Shown here: positions 47,873-60,317 of the stretch, in pieces | Position numbering within the stretch: position 1 is the stretch's first letter | Layout: each line of letters opens with the position of its first letter | Source: an uncultured Deferribacteres bacterium | Lineage (GTDB): Bacteria > Zhuqueibacterota > Zhuqueibacteria > Zhuqueibacterales > Geothermadaptataceae | Direction: 5' to 3' | Assembly: GCA_964014485.1 (NCBI GenBank) | Contig: CAXHAT010000002.1 | Coordinates: forward strand, 32,001-96,000 | Length of the DNA: 64,000 nt | Program-made: the position numbers and the translations under genes | The notes under the pieces: generated by a model | What the model saw: the letters and a program-made list of their open reading frames with translations, nothing else | Database searches by the model: none | Told to the model about the DNA's origin: nothing

Positions 47873-48535
47873 ATGATTCGTAAAAATAAATTAAAGTTGT
47901 TTCTTGGCGTGATTGCTTGCCTCGCGATTTTGGCTGGAGAAGGCTTGGCGCAGAACGCGAAAGACATCGTCAAAAACGTCCGTAAGAAATATGAAAAACT
48001 GGCTTCTTTTGAAGCTGATTTTGTCCAAACGTCAGTCTGGGCGCTGGCCGGCGAAGAGCAGAAGGAGGGCGGCAGGCTCGCTCTGGGAGAAAAAAATAAA
48101 TATCGGATAGAAACCGATACGCAGTTGATTATTTCTGACGGTAATAGGGTTTGGACTTATTCAAAAGAGCGGAATCAAGTGATTCTCGACTTGCTTACCA
48201 AGTCGAAGGAACACCAGCTTCCGAAGGATATTCTTTTGAAATACACCGAGAACTCAAGGGTTGAGTTGTTAGGGGAGTCGGTTATAGGCGGGACGCCTTG
48301 TTTTGAGCTTAAGTTTACGCCAAAAGACGAAGACGCGTTTATCATGTCTACGAAACTGTGGGTGGACAAAAACAAGCTCGTTACGCTCAGGATAGAGCAG
48401 GAAGATATCAACGAAAATATCACTCGCTACGATCTTGAGAAAATCAAAATGAACCCGCCGCTCGAAAACGCTCTGTTTTCGTTCACGATTCCCGCAGACG
48501 CTGAAGTCATTGATCTCAGCGATCTTAACAAATAA
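47873..48535 (+). CDS. lolA: Outer-membrane lipoprotein carrier protein LolA
   Basis: Follows ftsK; FEADFVQ, IISDGNRVWTY..NQV and LFSFTIPADAEVID; ATG at 47873 follows AGGAG. Confidence 0.85.
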   Translation: MIRKNKLKLFLGVIACLAILAGEGLAQNAKDIVKNVRKKYEKLASFEADFVQTSVWALAGEEQKEGGRLALGEKNKYRIETDTQLIISDGNRVWTYSKERNQVILDLLTKSKEHQLPKDILLKYTENSRVELLGESVIGGTPCFELKFTPKDEDAFIMSTKLWVDKNKLVTLRIEQEDINENITRYDLEKIKMNPPLENALFSFTIPADAEVIDLSDLNK

Positions 48536-48725
48536 CCTCCCGCAGATTTCTCAACCAAAAAATTTCGCGGCGCTTTTATGCACAAACGTTTTACCAAAGG
48601 CGCCGTAAAAAACGAACGGCTTATCGCAGAAAAAGCGGTCTGACGAACAGGAAGTTCATCGCGTTTTTTCGCTGTGTTTGCACACACCTCGATACACAGC
48701 ATAAGCAACTTAGGGCGGCAGTTTT

Positions 48726-49346
48726 ATGATGAAGCACAGCAAACGACGGCTTGGTCCGTCTATTTGGCTTACCGTCATCCTTGCGTCTATGCCTCTCGCG
48801 GCGTCAGCGCAAGATGACTATTCCTCCAATTCTGACTCCAATCGCGGCTCCATTTACTATTTTGGCGACAATGATGAACTCCTGATGCGTGTCAACGTTT
48901 GGGGATTTGTCCAGAAGCCGGGGCAGTACATGGTGCCAAAAGACACCGACCTCATTTCGCTCATTTCTTTCGCGGGCGGTCCTCGGGAACAGGCAAAATT
49001 GAGCAAGATCAAGCTCATTCGCCGAGAAAATGACTCCGGTTCGGAGCATGTTCAAAAAGGCGAGTCAAAGCAGTTCGCGATGAACGGGCCACAGTCTGCA
49101 ATAAGTGCGGATGATGAAGCGAACGCCCTGGCGCGCGGCGATGGCAAGCAGCTAATCCACAAAGTGAACGTCAAACGCTACAAGAAAACGGGCGATGAAT
49201 CTCTGATCCCGCAACTAAAGCCTGGCGATACAATTATTGTGGAAGGCTCGCGGTTTCATTTTATCACCAAGGCGCTGGATTTTACCGGGCGGCTGGCGGT
49301 GTTTGTGAATATCTACTACCTGATTAAACTTTCCCAAAATCGATAA
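48726..49346 (+). CDS. SLBB-domain polysaccharide export protein (Wza-like)
   Basis: Signal peptide, VNVWGFVQKPGQY..LISFAGG, LKPGDTIIV and a C-terminal amphipathic helix; lies upstream of wzc. Confidence 0.8.
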   Translation: MMKHSKRRLGPSIWLTVILASMPLAASAQDDYSSNSDSNRGSIYYFGDNDELLMRVNVWGFVQKPGQYMVPKDTDLISLISFAGGPREQAKLSKIKLIRRENDSGSEHVQKGESKQFAMNGPQSAISADDEANALARGDGKQLIHKVNVKRYKKTGDESLIPQLKPGDTIIVEGSRFHFITKALDFTGRLAVFVNIYYLIKLSQNR

Positions 49347-49461
49347 AAACACGCTGTGATCTCTGAGACGGCGGCTGGTTGACAAAAGCGGCTTGCTTCG
49401 GCTTCACGGGACAGGAAGGGTTTAAGCGCATCAGCGTTTCATTCTTAACGGAATTTGCAAA

Positions 49462-51837
49462 ATGGACGAGCATCTGGAAAAACAGGCGTCGTTAAACGAC
49501 TATCTGCGCATTCTTTTGCGCGGCAAGTGGATCATATTGTCGTCATTCATCATCGTTATGGCGATCACGGTTTATATTACGATGACGGCGACGCCAATCT
49601 ACCAAGCCAGCGCAAAAGTGATTATTAAGGGAGAAGGCAACGTCGGCGCGAGCTTGTTTGAAGTCAATAGCATCATCAAGAATGAAACGATGATCAACAA
49701 TCAAGTGGAAATCTTGAAAAGCCGCACTCTGGCGCAGACGACGATTGAGCGTTTGATGCAATCCCCGCACGCAGGGACGCTGGCGATTTTAGGGAACGTG
49801 CCGGCTGACAGTGAAAAGAACGGTATGTTTGCAGGGGTTGGTAAAAGCTTGAAGAGCTTTTTCGGCATGTCAAAGAACGGCAAAGAAGAACCGGCGCCGG
49901 AAATCAGTCCGGAATTGAAGATTGTTAATCAGGCGAAAGTGCTGCGGACGATGATCGCTGTCGAGCCCATCCGAAATACGGACATGATCGAAATTAAGGT
50001 TGTAGCGACAAACGCCAACGAAGCTGCGATCGTGACCAATACTTTGACCGAAGCCTATGCTTCGCTCAACCGGAAGCAAAGCCAGGAAGAAGTCACGCAG
50101 GTTAAAACCTTTTTAGACGATCAATTGAAACTTATTCAAGCGCAACTTGCTGAGTCTGAAAATGCTTTGAAGGAGTTTCAGGAAAAGGAAAACGTCGTTT
50201 CACTTTCGAGCGAAACGACTGAGTTGATTCGCAAAATCGCCGAGTTTGAAACGCTGTATAATACGGCGCTGACCGATCTGAATTCGGGCCGCGAAAGACT
50301 CGCTTATATAAATGAGCAACTCAAGCTCAACAAACAAAACTTCGATTTTGAGTCTATAACCGCAGCCCCATATCTCGAACATTTGCGCGGGAAAATAACC
50401 AGTCTGGAGCAAGAGCGCGCTTCAAAAACAGCTGCGCTTATCAATGAAGGCGCGAACTACAATGATCACCCTCAAATCCGGCAAATTGACGAGCGTATTA
50501 GCTTCCTGACAGAAGAATTTGAAAAAGAGTCGGCGAAAATTATTTCCAGAAACATTGTCAACCCTGTTGCGATGAGTGAAGATTTGCTGACGAGTAAAAT
50601 TGAAGTTGAAGCAAGCATCGCTTCTTTAAAACCGCGCGTCGAAGTTTTGAAAGACGTCGTGGATAAATATGCCGCTGAGTTGGATGATTTGCCGGAAAAA
50701 AGCCTGCGGTTAGCGCAACTGCAGCGCGCCGCTCAGGTCGATGAAAAGATTTTCCTGATGATGAAAGAAAAGTATCAGGAATCACGCATCACAGAGGTCG
50801 GGCAACTCGGCGACGTCCGGATTATCGATGAAGCCGCCGCGCCGGAATTTCCCATTGCGCCGCGCAAACGCATGAACTTAATGCTCGGCATGATTATCGG
50901 GTTAGGGTTGGGAATCGGGTTGACTTTCTTGCTGGAAAGCATGGACAATTCGGTGCGCACGATTGAAGATTTGGAGCGGCTCGGCATCCCGGTGCTCGGC
51001 TCAATTCCATTGATCGATGAAGAAGACGCCGCCAAGCGTGTGAAGACGCTGCCTAAAAACTCGCAAAACGGCAAGGCGGACTCGGCTGAGAGCCGAAAAA
51101 CGGTTGCCCGATTAATTTCGCATTTTGCACCAAAATCACCGATCTCGGAAGCCTACCGGACTTTCAGAACGAACATTCAATACACCAAAACCGATGCAAC
51201 TTTAAAAACGCTCTTGGTGACAAGCCCCGGCCCCGGCGAAGGAAAATCGACAACAATTGCAAACTTGGCGATAACTTTGTCTCAATCAGGAAATCGCGTT
51301 TTACTTGTCGATGCTGATTTGAGACGTCCCGTTTTGCATTCGATTTTTGGGACCGACAGATCACGCGGCTTGACGAATGTTCTTGTCGGGAAAATGGAAA
51401 TTGATGACGTTGTTCAAAAGACGGAAATCGAGAACCTGTTTTTAATGCCCTGCGGCACGCTGCCGCCAAATCCTTCGGAGTTACTTGGAAGTTCTTCGAT
51501 GGAGAAGGTGATTGAGGCGCTCAAAGATCGTTTTGACGTCATACTTTTCGACAGCCCGCCGATTATCGCGGTGACGGACGCAGCGGTGCTGGGCAGCAAA
51601 GTAGACGGACTCGTGGTTGTTGTAAAATCAGGCCAGACCTTCCGAGACGCAACGCAACGCGCCAAGGCGCTGATTAACAATGTGAAAATCCCGGTGTTAG
51701 GCGCACTGCTTAACGGCGTCCGGATCGAGAGCATGTACGGCAGCTACTACTATTATTATCATTATTACTATTACGGTAAGGACAATGATAAAAAGAAGAA
51801 GCGCAAATCGAGAAAGAAGCGTGATCGCGCCTATTAA
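49462..51837 (+). CDS. wzc: Polysaccharide co-polymerase / BY-kinase (Wzc)
   Basis: Two TMs, coiled coil, SEAYRTFRTNI, GPGEGKST, LVDADLRRP, FDSPP and C-terminal Tyr cluster YGSYYYYYHYYYY. Confidence 0.93.
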   Translation: MDEHLEKQASLNDYLRILLRGKWIILSSFIIVMAITVYITMTATPIYQASAKVIIKGEGNVGASLFEVNSIIKNETMINNQVEILKSRTLAQTTIERLMQSPHAGTLAILGNVPADSEKNGMFAGVGKSLKSFFGMSKNGKEEPAPEISPELKIVNQAKVLRTMIAVEPIRNTDMIEIKVVATNANEAAIVTNTLTEAYASLNRKQSQEEVTQVKTFLDDQLKLIQAQLAESENALKEFQEKENVVSLSSETTELIRKIAEFETLYNTALTDLNSGRERLAYINEQLKLNKQNFDFESITAAPYLEHLRGKITSLEQERASKTAALINEGANYNDHPQIRQIDERISFLTEEFEKESAKIISRNIVNPVAMSEDLLTSKIEVEASIASLKPRVEVLKDVVDKYAAELDDLPEKSLRLAQLQRAAQVDEKIFLMMKEKYQESRITEVGQLGDVRIIDEAAAPEFPIAPRKRMNLMLGMIIGLGLGIGLTFLLESMDNSVRTIEDLERLGIPVLGSIPLIDEEDAAKRVKTLPKNSQNGKADSAESRKTVARLISHFAPKSPISEAYRTFRTNIQYTKTDATLKTLLVTSPGPGEGKSTTIANLAITLSQSGNRVLLVDADLRRPVLHSIFGTDRSRGLTNVLVGKMEIDDVVQKTEIENLFLMPCGTLPPNPSELLGSSSMEKVIEALKDRFDVILFDSPPIIAVTDAAVLGSKVDGLVVVVKSGQTFRDATQRAKALINNVKIPVLGALLNGVRIESMYGSYYYYYHYYYYGKDNDKKKKRKSRKKRDRAY

Positions 51838-52310
51838 GAGACCGTCTGGGAGCTCTGGAGTCAAGCGCTTGGGCGTTTGAAAGTTCAAAGCCTTTAAGGC
51901 GACGATAGATGATCGCACACAGAAAAGTGCATTCATCAAGCGCTTTGTATTTTGCTTATATCGACGATGTCTCGTCTGATCGAAAGATTGTTCTAAAACA
52001 GCCGCCGACTTCTCTGGACAAATGATCCAGCCATACGGCTGAGTCACGGCGTTTGACTGTTACATTTTGATATTATCACGGGAGTTTTACTCCTTTCGCG
52101 AATCTTCTGGCAGAAATTCGCTCTTAACCTGAATAATCCAGGTTAGGTTAAGCTCAAAATTTTCAAAAGCGGGGGATCGATCATGTCAAAAGCACGGTCG
52201 CGATAATCTAACGCACAATTTGATTTGTGCGCCAAAAACAGCCATGTGACTGGCATGGCGGAGCTTTATCTAAACCTGACTTTAATTTGAATTTTCCAAG
52301 AGGGAGGCGA

Positions 52311-52916
52311 ATGGAATTTTCAGAAGCGACGGTGCTTGAAAAAGCGCCGAGATTTTACCTTGAAAACGAGCAACTAAACTGGTATGCGCTTTACACGCGG
52401 CCAAATTTTGAAAAGCGCGTCGTTCGTGATTTGGATGAGATGGGGATTGAAGGCTACTTACCGCTGAAACGCTCGCTCAGACAATGGAGCGACCGTAAAA
52501 AATGGATTGAATCACCGCTCTTTTCCTGCTATGTTTTCGTGCATGTTTCGCGTGAACGTCGCGTGCAATCTCTGAAAGCGGACGGCGTTGTTTGCATGTT
52601 GAGTTCGCGCGGTAAACCTTCCAGCATCCCTGATAGCGAGATTCAGATTGTTAAAGACTTGATCGCGAATGATCTTGACCCTGCTCCCGCGCATGATTTC
52701 GCGCCGGGCGACATGCTGGAAATTATCAGCGGACCTTTGAAGGGATTGCGCGGCATGAGCGTAATGAAAAAAGGCAAGCGCAGAATGCTTGTCACGCTTG
52801 AAGGCATGCGGCAAATGGTTTCGATAAAGCTCGGCCCTAATCACGTCAGAAGACTAAGCGCCGGGGAACGAGACAGTTTTCTCAAATCAAGTAAGACGGC
52901 GATGAGCCTGATATAA
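52311..52916 (+). CDS. UpxY/NusG-family transcription antiterminator
   Basis: WYALYTRPNFEKRV, RQWSDRKKWIESPLFSCYVFV and KOW motif GDMLEIISGPLKGLRG; ATG at 52311 follows GGGAGG. Confidence 0.9.
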   Translation: MEFSEATVLEKAPRFYLENEQLNWYALYTRPNFEKRVVRDLDEMGIEGYLPLKRSLRQWSDRKKWIESPLFSCYVFVHVSRERRVQSLKADGVVCMLSSRGKPSSIPDSEIQIVKDLIANDLDPAPAHDFAPGDMLEIISGPLKGLRGMSVMKKGKRRMLVTLEGMRQMVSIKLGPNHVRRLSAGERDSFLKSSKTAMSLI

Positions 52917-53106
52917 AATGGATTGTTGGAATGGTGGAGCAATGGAAATTTGAAAAGTTCCCCAATGTCATTCAGGAGGAATCTATTTTGAAGGCGGGCG
53001 AAAAGCGAAGTGCTTTCGACAAAATTTCGGCGGCGAGACGGACGTTCTATTTGGGAATTGGCCGTTTGAATTCCGCCAACACTCCAAGAATACAATTTAC
53101 AAATAA

Positions 53107-55312
<2,206 letters not shown>

Positions 55313-56362
55313 GTGTCTGATCGTAGAAAAATACTCCTGATTCGCACTGACGCCAGTGCGGAAATTGGTGGCGGACACGTGATGCGCTGCCTTGCTCTCG
55401 CACAGGCATGGCGAGATAATGGCGGCAAAGTCGTTTTCGCAACAGCACAGCTGACCCCTGGATTGCGATCACGGCTTGAAAACGAAAGTATTGAAATTTG
55501 TGATCTTATGGTTGCGCCTGGCGGCAAGCGCGACCTCGATTCCACCCTTAAATTGGCACGGGTTTGCGTTCCGGAAGCAGTTGTTGTCGATGGCTATCAT
55601 TTTGGCGGCGCGTTTCAGAGCGTTTTAGTTGATGCGGGTTTTCGCGTGTTGTTTATTGATGACTACGGACATGCTTCAAAATACTCTGCGACATGGGTGC
55701 TTAATCAAAATATTAGCGCTTATCCGGAGCTATACAAAGAGCGTTATCGGAATACTCGACTGTTACTTGGACCGAAATATGCGCTGTTGCGACGAGAATT
55801 TGTCAAGCTCAAACATCATAAACCCATAGCTGAGAATGTACGAAAAATCCTGATCACTATGGGCGCAAGCGACCCTCAAAATGCAACGTTGAAGATTTTG
55901 AGCGCCATGCGTAGCATCTCTTCGAAGAAGTTCGAAATAGAAGTGATTGTAGGCGGAGATAGCCCGAACCTGGAAGATATTCAAAACGTTGCTGAAAGCA
56001 TGTCTCAAAGAACAGACGTACTGTTTGACGTCAAAAATATGTATCATCATCTTAAGGACGCGGATATCGTCGTTACCGCTGGAGGAAGCACGTGTTGGGA
56101 GGCTGCTTGTCTTGGATTGCCGAATATTATCTTGACGTTTGCAGACAATCAGGTGGCAATTGCGCAAGGCTTGGAAAGAGCAAAGGCAGCCAGAAATCTG
56201 GGAAGATGTAACGAAGTTTCCCAAGAGATCATTGCGTCTACGATAAGTAATGTAATTTCATCATTTGAACTTCGGAATGCGATGTCTTATTCAGCGCAAT
56301 CGTTGGTCGATGGAAAAGGCGCACATCGTGTGTTGGGAAAATTGAATTCGTTCGTTGAGTGA
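55313..56362 (+). CDS. pseG: UDP-2,4-diacylamido-2,4,6-trideoxy-beta-L-altropyranose hydrolase
   Basis: IRTDASAEIGGGHVMRCLALA, VVDGYH, LLGPKYALLRREF, TAGGSTCWE and ADNQ. Confidence 0.9.
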   Translation: MSDRRKILLIRTDASAEIGGGHVMRCLALAQAWRDNGGKVVFATAQLTPGLRSRLENESIEICDLMVAPGGKRDLDSTLKLARVCVPEAVVVDGYHFGGAFQSVLVDAGFRVLFIDDYGHASKYSATWVLNQNISAYPELYKERYRNTRLLLGPKYALLRREFVKLKHHKPIAENVRKILITMGASDPQNATLKILSAMRSISSKKFEIEVIVGGDSPNLEDIQNVAESMSQRTDVLFDVKNMYHHLKDADIVVTAGGSTCWEAACLGLPNIILTFADNQVAIAQGLERAKAARNLGRCNEVSQEIIASTISNVISSFELRNAMSYSAQSLVDGKGAHRVLGKLNSFVE

Positions 56363-56374
56363 CAGAACCAGTAA

Positions 56375-57157
56375 ATGCGTATACTTTTTTTGGGTAATAA
56401 TTGGGTTGGCTGGCAAGTTCTTAAATGGCTGAAGTTCCAAAACGAGGATATCGCGGGACTTGTCATGCATCCGCCAAACAGAAGGCGATATGGGAAGAAT
56501 TTACTTTCTGAGTACTCGGGGCCTCAAGACGCTGTCTGGGATGCTACAGCATTGCGATCCGCCGAAACGATTGAGGCGATTCAAGTTCTGAAGCCGGACA
56601 TTGGAGTATCGGCTTATTTCGGTTATATTTTGCGTGAGCCCATTCTAAAACTTTTTCCGATGGGCTGCATAAATATTCATCCTGCATTTTTGCCATACAA
56701 TCGCGGCGCCAACCCCAATGTTTGGAGCATTATCGACGAAACGCCTGCGGGCGTGACGATTCACTACATGGATGTAGGCGTTGACACCGGCGATCTCATT
56801 TCTCAGCAGAGAGTTGAAATAGAATTGACTGATACGGGTGAATCGCTTTATCGCAAACTGGAGCAGACCTCGGTCGCACTTTTTAAGAAAACTTGGCCTG
56901 CGATTCATAGCGGGACAATAAAAAGAACAAAACAGCCTGAAGGCGATGGGTCGAATTACTTCTTGAAAGACACAGAAAAGATTGACAAAATTGATCTTGA
57001 CAGGCAGTACAAAGCGCGCGACCTGATCAATATTTTGCGTGCACGAACGTTCCCGCCATATCACGGCGCTTACTTCTTGGAAAATGATGAGAAGGTTTTT
57101 ATGAGGTTGCAGCTCTACCGAGAAAATCATTCGAAAAATGACGACAAAAACGAATAG
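56375..57157 (+). CDS. Sugar N-formyltransferase (N10-formyl-THF dependent)
   Basis: INIHPAFLPYNRGANPNVWSI, GVTIHYMDVGVDTGDLI and RARTFPPYHGAYF. Confidence 0.88.
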   Translation: MRILFLGNNWVGWQVLKWLKFQNEDIAGLVMHPPNRRRYGKNLLSEYSGPQDAVWDATALRSAETIEAIQVLKPDIGVSAYFGYILREPILKLFPMGCINIHPAFLPYNRGANPNVWSIIDETPAGVTIHYMDVGVDTGDLISQQRVEIELTDTGESLYRKLEQTSVALFKKTWPAIHSGTIKRTKQPEGDGSNYFLKDTEKIDKIDLDRQYKARDLINILRARTFPPYHGAYFLENDEKVFMRLQLYRENHSKNDDKNE

Positions 57158-57165
57158 TCAGTGAG

Positions 57166-58206
57166 ATGCGAATTAACAATCACGAAATTGGCCAAGGATT
57201 TCCGACGTACGTTATCGCGGAGATGTCGGCAAATCACAACCAAAGTTTTGACGTCGCCGTCGATATTATTAAAGCTGCAAAAGAAGCCGGAGCTGACGCC
57301 GTCAAGCTGCAAACTTATACTCCAGATACTTTAACGATTGACGCCGAGACGGAACACTTTCGAGTTGGGAAAGGAACAATTTGGGAAGGCCGCACGCTCT
57401 ATGAGCTTTACGGCGAAGCCTATACCCCTTGGGAGTGGCAGCCAAAATTGAAAAATGTTGCTGATGAATTAGGGCTCGACCTATTTTCTACACCTTTTGA
57501 TGACACAGCGGTCGATTTTCTGGAAGATATGGATGTTCCCGCTCATAAAATTGCTTCCTTTGAGATTGTCGATATTCCGCTTCTGCGAAAAATTGCTCAA
57601 ACTGGAAAGCCGATCATTATGTCCACGGGCATGGCGACCTTAGCCGAAATCGACGAGGCGGTTACTACGATCCGTGAAGCCGGCGGATGCGAATTGGCTC
57701 TGCTCAAATGCACCAGTGCATACCCGGCGCCTCCAGAAAAGATGAACCTGCAAACAATTCGTCATCTATCAGAAGCGTATTCAGTTCCTGCCGGCCTTTC
57801 GGATCACACATTAGGAGTTGCCGTTCCTTTGGCCGCTGTTTCGCTTGGCGCTTGCGTTATCGAAAAACATTTTACATTGTCTCGCAATTTTTCCGGGCCA
57901 GACAGCGCTTTTTCTCTTGAACCAACTGAATTCAAAACGATGGTAGAGGCTGTTCGCGTTGCGGAAAAAGCGATAGGAACGGTTGAGTATGGAACAGGAG
58001 ACGAAGAGAAAGCAAGTCGCGTTTTCAGACGTTCTCTTTTTGTGGTTGAAGATATTGCCGAAGGAGAAGTTTTTACGGAGAAGAATGTCCGGTCAATCAG
58101 ACCCGGCTATGGCCTGCACACGAGGTGCCTGAACGACATTATTGGCCGTAAAGCTCTTGAAACGATTCCTAAAGGTACGCCCATGGACTGGAGCTTGATT
58201 CAGTAA
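57166..58206 (+). CDS. pseI: Pseudaminic acid synthase
   Basis: IAEMSANHNQ, KLQTYTPDTLT, AYTPWEW, KIASFE, GLSDHTLG, IEKHFTL, GPDSAFSLEP and SAF domain VRSIRPGYGL. Confidence 0.95.
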   Translation: MRINNHEIGQGFPTYVIAEMSANHNQSFDVAVDIIKAAKEAGADAVKLQTYTPDTLTIDAETEHFRVGKGTIWEGRTLYELYGEAYTPWEWQPKLKNVADELGLDLFSTPFDDTAVDFLEDMDVPAHKIASFEIVDIPLLRKIAQTGKPIIMSTGMATLAEIDEAVTTIREAGGCELALLKCTSAYPAPPEKMNLQTIRHLSEAYSVPAGLSDHTLGVAVPLAAVSLGACVIEKHFTLSRNFSGPDSAFSLEPTEFKTMVEAVRVAEKAIGTVEYGTGDEEKASRVFRRSLFVVEDIAEGEVFTEKNVRSIRPGYGLHTRCLNDIIGRKALETIPKGTPMDWSLIQ

Positions 58207-59190
58207 GTGAAGCACAAATTCCGGGCTGCACTTTTGGGATTAGGGAATATTGGATGGCGATTTGATAATAAAGCAGACGCATCGGCCCCTGCTCTCACGC
58301 ACGCAGCCGCCTACTTGAAGCATGATCGTTTTGAATTGGTCGCCGGCTGCTCAACAGATAGAAAAGACTGTCGAGACTTCCATGCTGCGCTTGGCGTACC
58401 TGCATATGATTCTCTGGAAGAAATGCTAGATCAAGCGAAGCCGGATATCTTGAGCATTTGTTCCCCATCCCAATTTCATTTTGAACATACGTTGCAATGC
58501 CTCGAAAGAGGCGTCCCAATGATCTGGCTTGAAAAACCCCCCGTTTCGCAAGTTAGCGAACTTGACAAGCTTCTTGAAAAACAAAGGACTTTGGGAAATC
58601 GGTCTCAAGTATTAGTGAATTTTCAGAGACGCTACTCAGAAAATTATCGATTGCTCAAAAAAATATTTGCAGAGCAAGAAATCGGCGGTTGCAAGGCAAT
58701 TCAATTGACATACTCTAGAGGGCTGGAGCTAAACGGGTCGCATATTTTGGACGCCATGTTTTTTGTTCTGGGCGACGCATCTGACTACGATTTGGAATGG
58801 GTTTCCAAAACAGGCAATCATGAAAACCCAAGTTTTTCAATGCGATTTAAGGAAGGTTTGCGCGTTATTGTCACAGGAATAGATCTTTCATTTCATTGTA
58901 TCGATATTTCACTGATCGGAGAGAATGGCAGAAGCTCTGTTTTACACGGAGGAATGACGATCAGACATGAACAGAAAATAGCAAATGAATTCTATGCGGG
59001 ATTTTACAGATTAGCGGATTGTAGCGATATTGTGTCGGCGGACAAACCTGAATCCGCTTTCTCTTCTGCACTTGACGACATCCTTTTTGCCTTCGAGAAC
59101 GATGGAAAGCCGTGTAGCAACTTGAGCACCGCCCGACATACGCAGGTGTTGATCGAGTTGGTCAGAAAGCAACAAAAGCTCCCAAATTAA
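58207..59190 (+). CDS. Gfo/Idh/MocA family oxidoreductase
   Basis: LLGLGNIG, DILSICSP..H, WLEKPP, VNFQRRY and NGSHILD. Confidence 0.88.
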   Translation: MKHKFRAALLGLGNIGWRFDNKADASAPALTHAAAYLKHDRFELVAGCSTDRKDCRDFHAALGVPAYDSLEEMLDQAKPDILSICSPSQFHFEHTLQCLERGVPMIWLEKPPVSQVSELDKLLEKQRTLGNRSQVLVNFQRRYSENYRLLKKIFAEQEIGGCKAIQLTYSRGLELNGSHILDAMFFVLGDASDYDLEWVSKTGNHENPSFSMRFKEGLRVIVTGIDLSFHCIDISLIGENGRSSVLHGGMTIRHEQKIANEFYAGFYRLADCSDIVSADKPESAFSSALDDILFAFENDGKPCSNLSTARHTQVLIELVRKQQKLPN

Positions 59191-60317
59191 TGAAAATTCT
59201 TTTTGTGTCAGGAGATGTTGGGGGCGCCCGCGCGTTGCTGCCTGTTATAAAAGAGTGTGAGATGCGAAATATTCCGTTTGTCGTATTCAAAAATGGCCAT
59301 ATACTCGAAGAATGTGAAATTGGTTGGGAGCTAGTTTTCTGCCCGCTCAATGAAGGGGATGATAAGATAGAATTTTTTTTGAAGGAGTTGAAGATTTCTT
59401 GCCTGGCTTTCGCATCTAGTATTAAAGATACAACGGCGCTAACATTGGCTCGCAATGCAAAGTCCTTAGAAATTCCAACTGTTCATTTGCTCGACAATTG
59501 GACGAATTATCATCATAGGATGGAAATTGACGGGTTGCCTGCCTTTAAACCTGATTTTTATGCGGTCATGGATAGCTTGGCGCGTGATGAAGCAAAGCGC
59601 GAAGGCATTAACGAAAAATCACTCTTTGTCGTTGGCCAGCCAGCACTCGCTGAGCTCTCTCAGCGATACAAAAGCCTTAGCGATGAATGCAATCGCAGTA
59701 CACAACGATCGGGTAAAAGAGTAATTGTATTTATTTCAGAGCCTGTTCAAAAAGATCAAGGAACAAGCGATGACTCGCCAAACTTTCGGGGTTATACGGA
59801 AAAAACTGTATTGTGCGACTTTGCCAGGCTTCTTCAACCATATGCTGAAAAAATTGATATTTGCTTGTTACCCCACCCGAGAGAAGATGATGATGAACTG
59901 CAAAAAAACTGGGTGAAAACAAAAGGGGCTCTACAAGGACGAGTATTGAAGAACGCCAAGATGAGAGATATAATTCTGACTGCTGACGGCATTGCAGGGA
60001 TGGCTTCTATTTTGCTTTACGAAGCATGGCTGTTGGGAAAACCTGTTGTCAGTCTTCAACCGAATGTTAGAAACGTTGCGTTGCGGCAATTAGAAAAAAG
60101 AGACGGCGTGTTTTTTGTGGATTCTCCTGGATCTGCTTCCCGCCTTGTTGATGAGTGGATTGCTGAAGCTTTTTCTAAGAAAGACGCCCTCCCGCGACCT
60201 GAATTATTTGAGCATGAGCGAGCATCAGAACGGATTTTGACATGTATTCAAAAAGCGTCAGAAATTAGACGATCGACTGAGTTGGGCGCCGCAAAATGGA
60301 TGGAAGCATGGTCGTAG
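59190..60317 (+). CDS. Uncharacterised GT-B-fold protein (possible glycosyltransferase)
   Basis: DNWTNY, VVGQP, FISEP, PHPRE and GMASILLYEAWLLGKPVVS (GT-B C-terminal motif). Confidence 0.55.
   Translation: MKILFVSGDVGGARALLPVIKECEMRNIPFVVFKNGHILEECEIGWELVFCPLNEGDDKIEFFLKELKISCLAFASSIKDTTALTLARNAKSLEIPTVHLLDNWTNYHHRMEIDGLPAFKPDFYAVMDSLARDEAKREGINEKSLFVVGQPALAELSQRYKSLSDECNRSTQRSGKRVIVFISEPVQKDQGTSDDSPNFRGYTEKTVLCDFARLLQPYAEKIDICLLPHPREDDDELQKNWVKTKGALQGRVLKNAKMRDIILTADGIAGMASILLYEAWLLGKPVVSLQPNVRNVALRQLEKRDGVFFVDSPGSASRLVDEWIAEAFSKKDALPRPELFEHERASERILTCIQKASEIRRSTELGAAKWMEAWS

Noticed and set aside
51735..51775. TAC/TAT trinucleotide run as a microsatellite or phase-variation tract
   Set aside because: It encodes the normal C-terminal tyrosine cluster of Wzc.
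52251..52266. sigma54 promoter TGGCATGGCGGAGC before upxY
   Set aside because: GG-GC spacing is one base short and the TT is missing; sigma54 spacing is strict.
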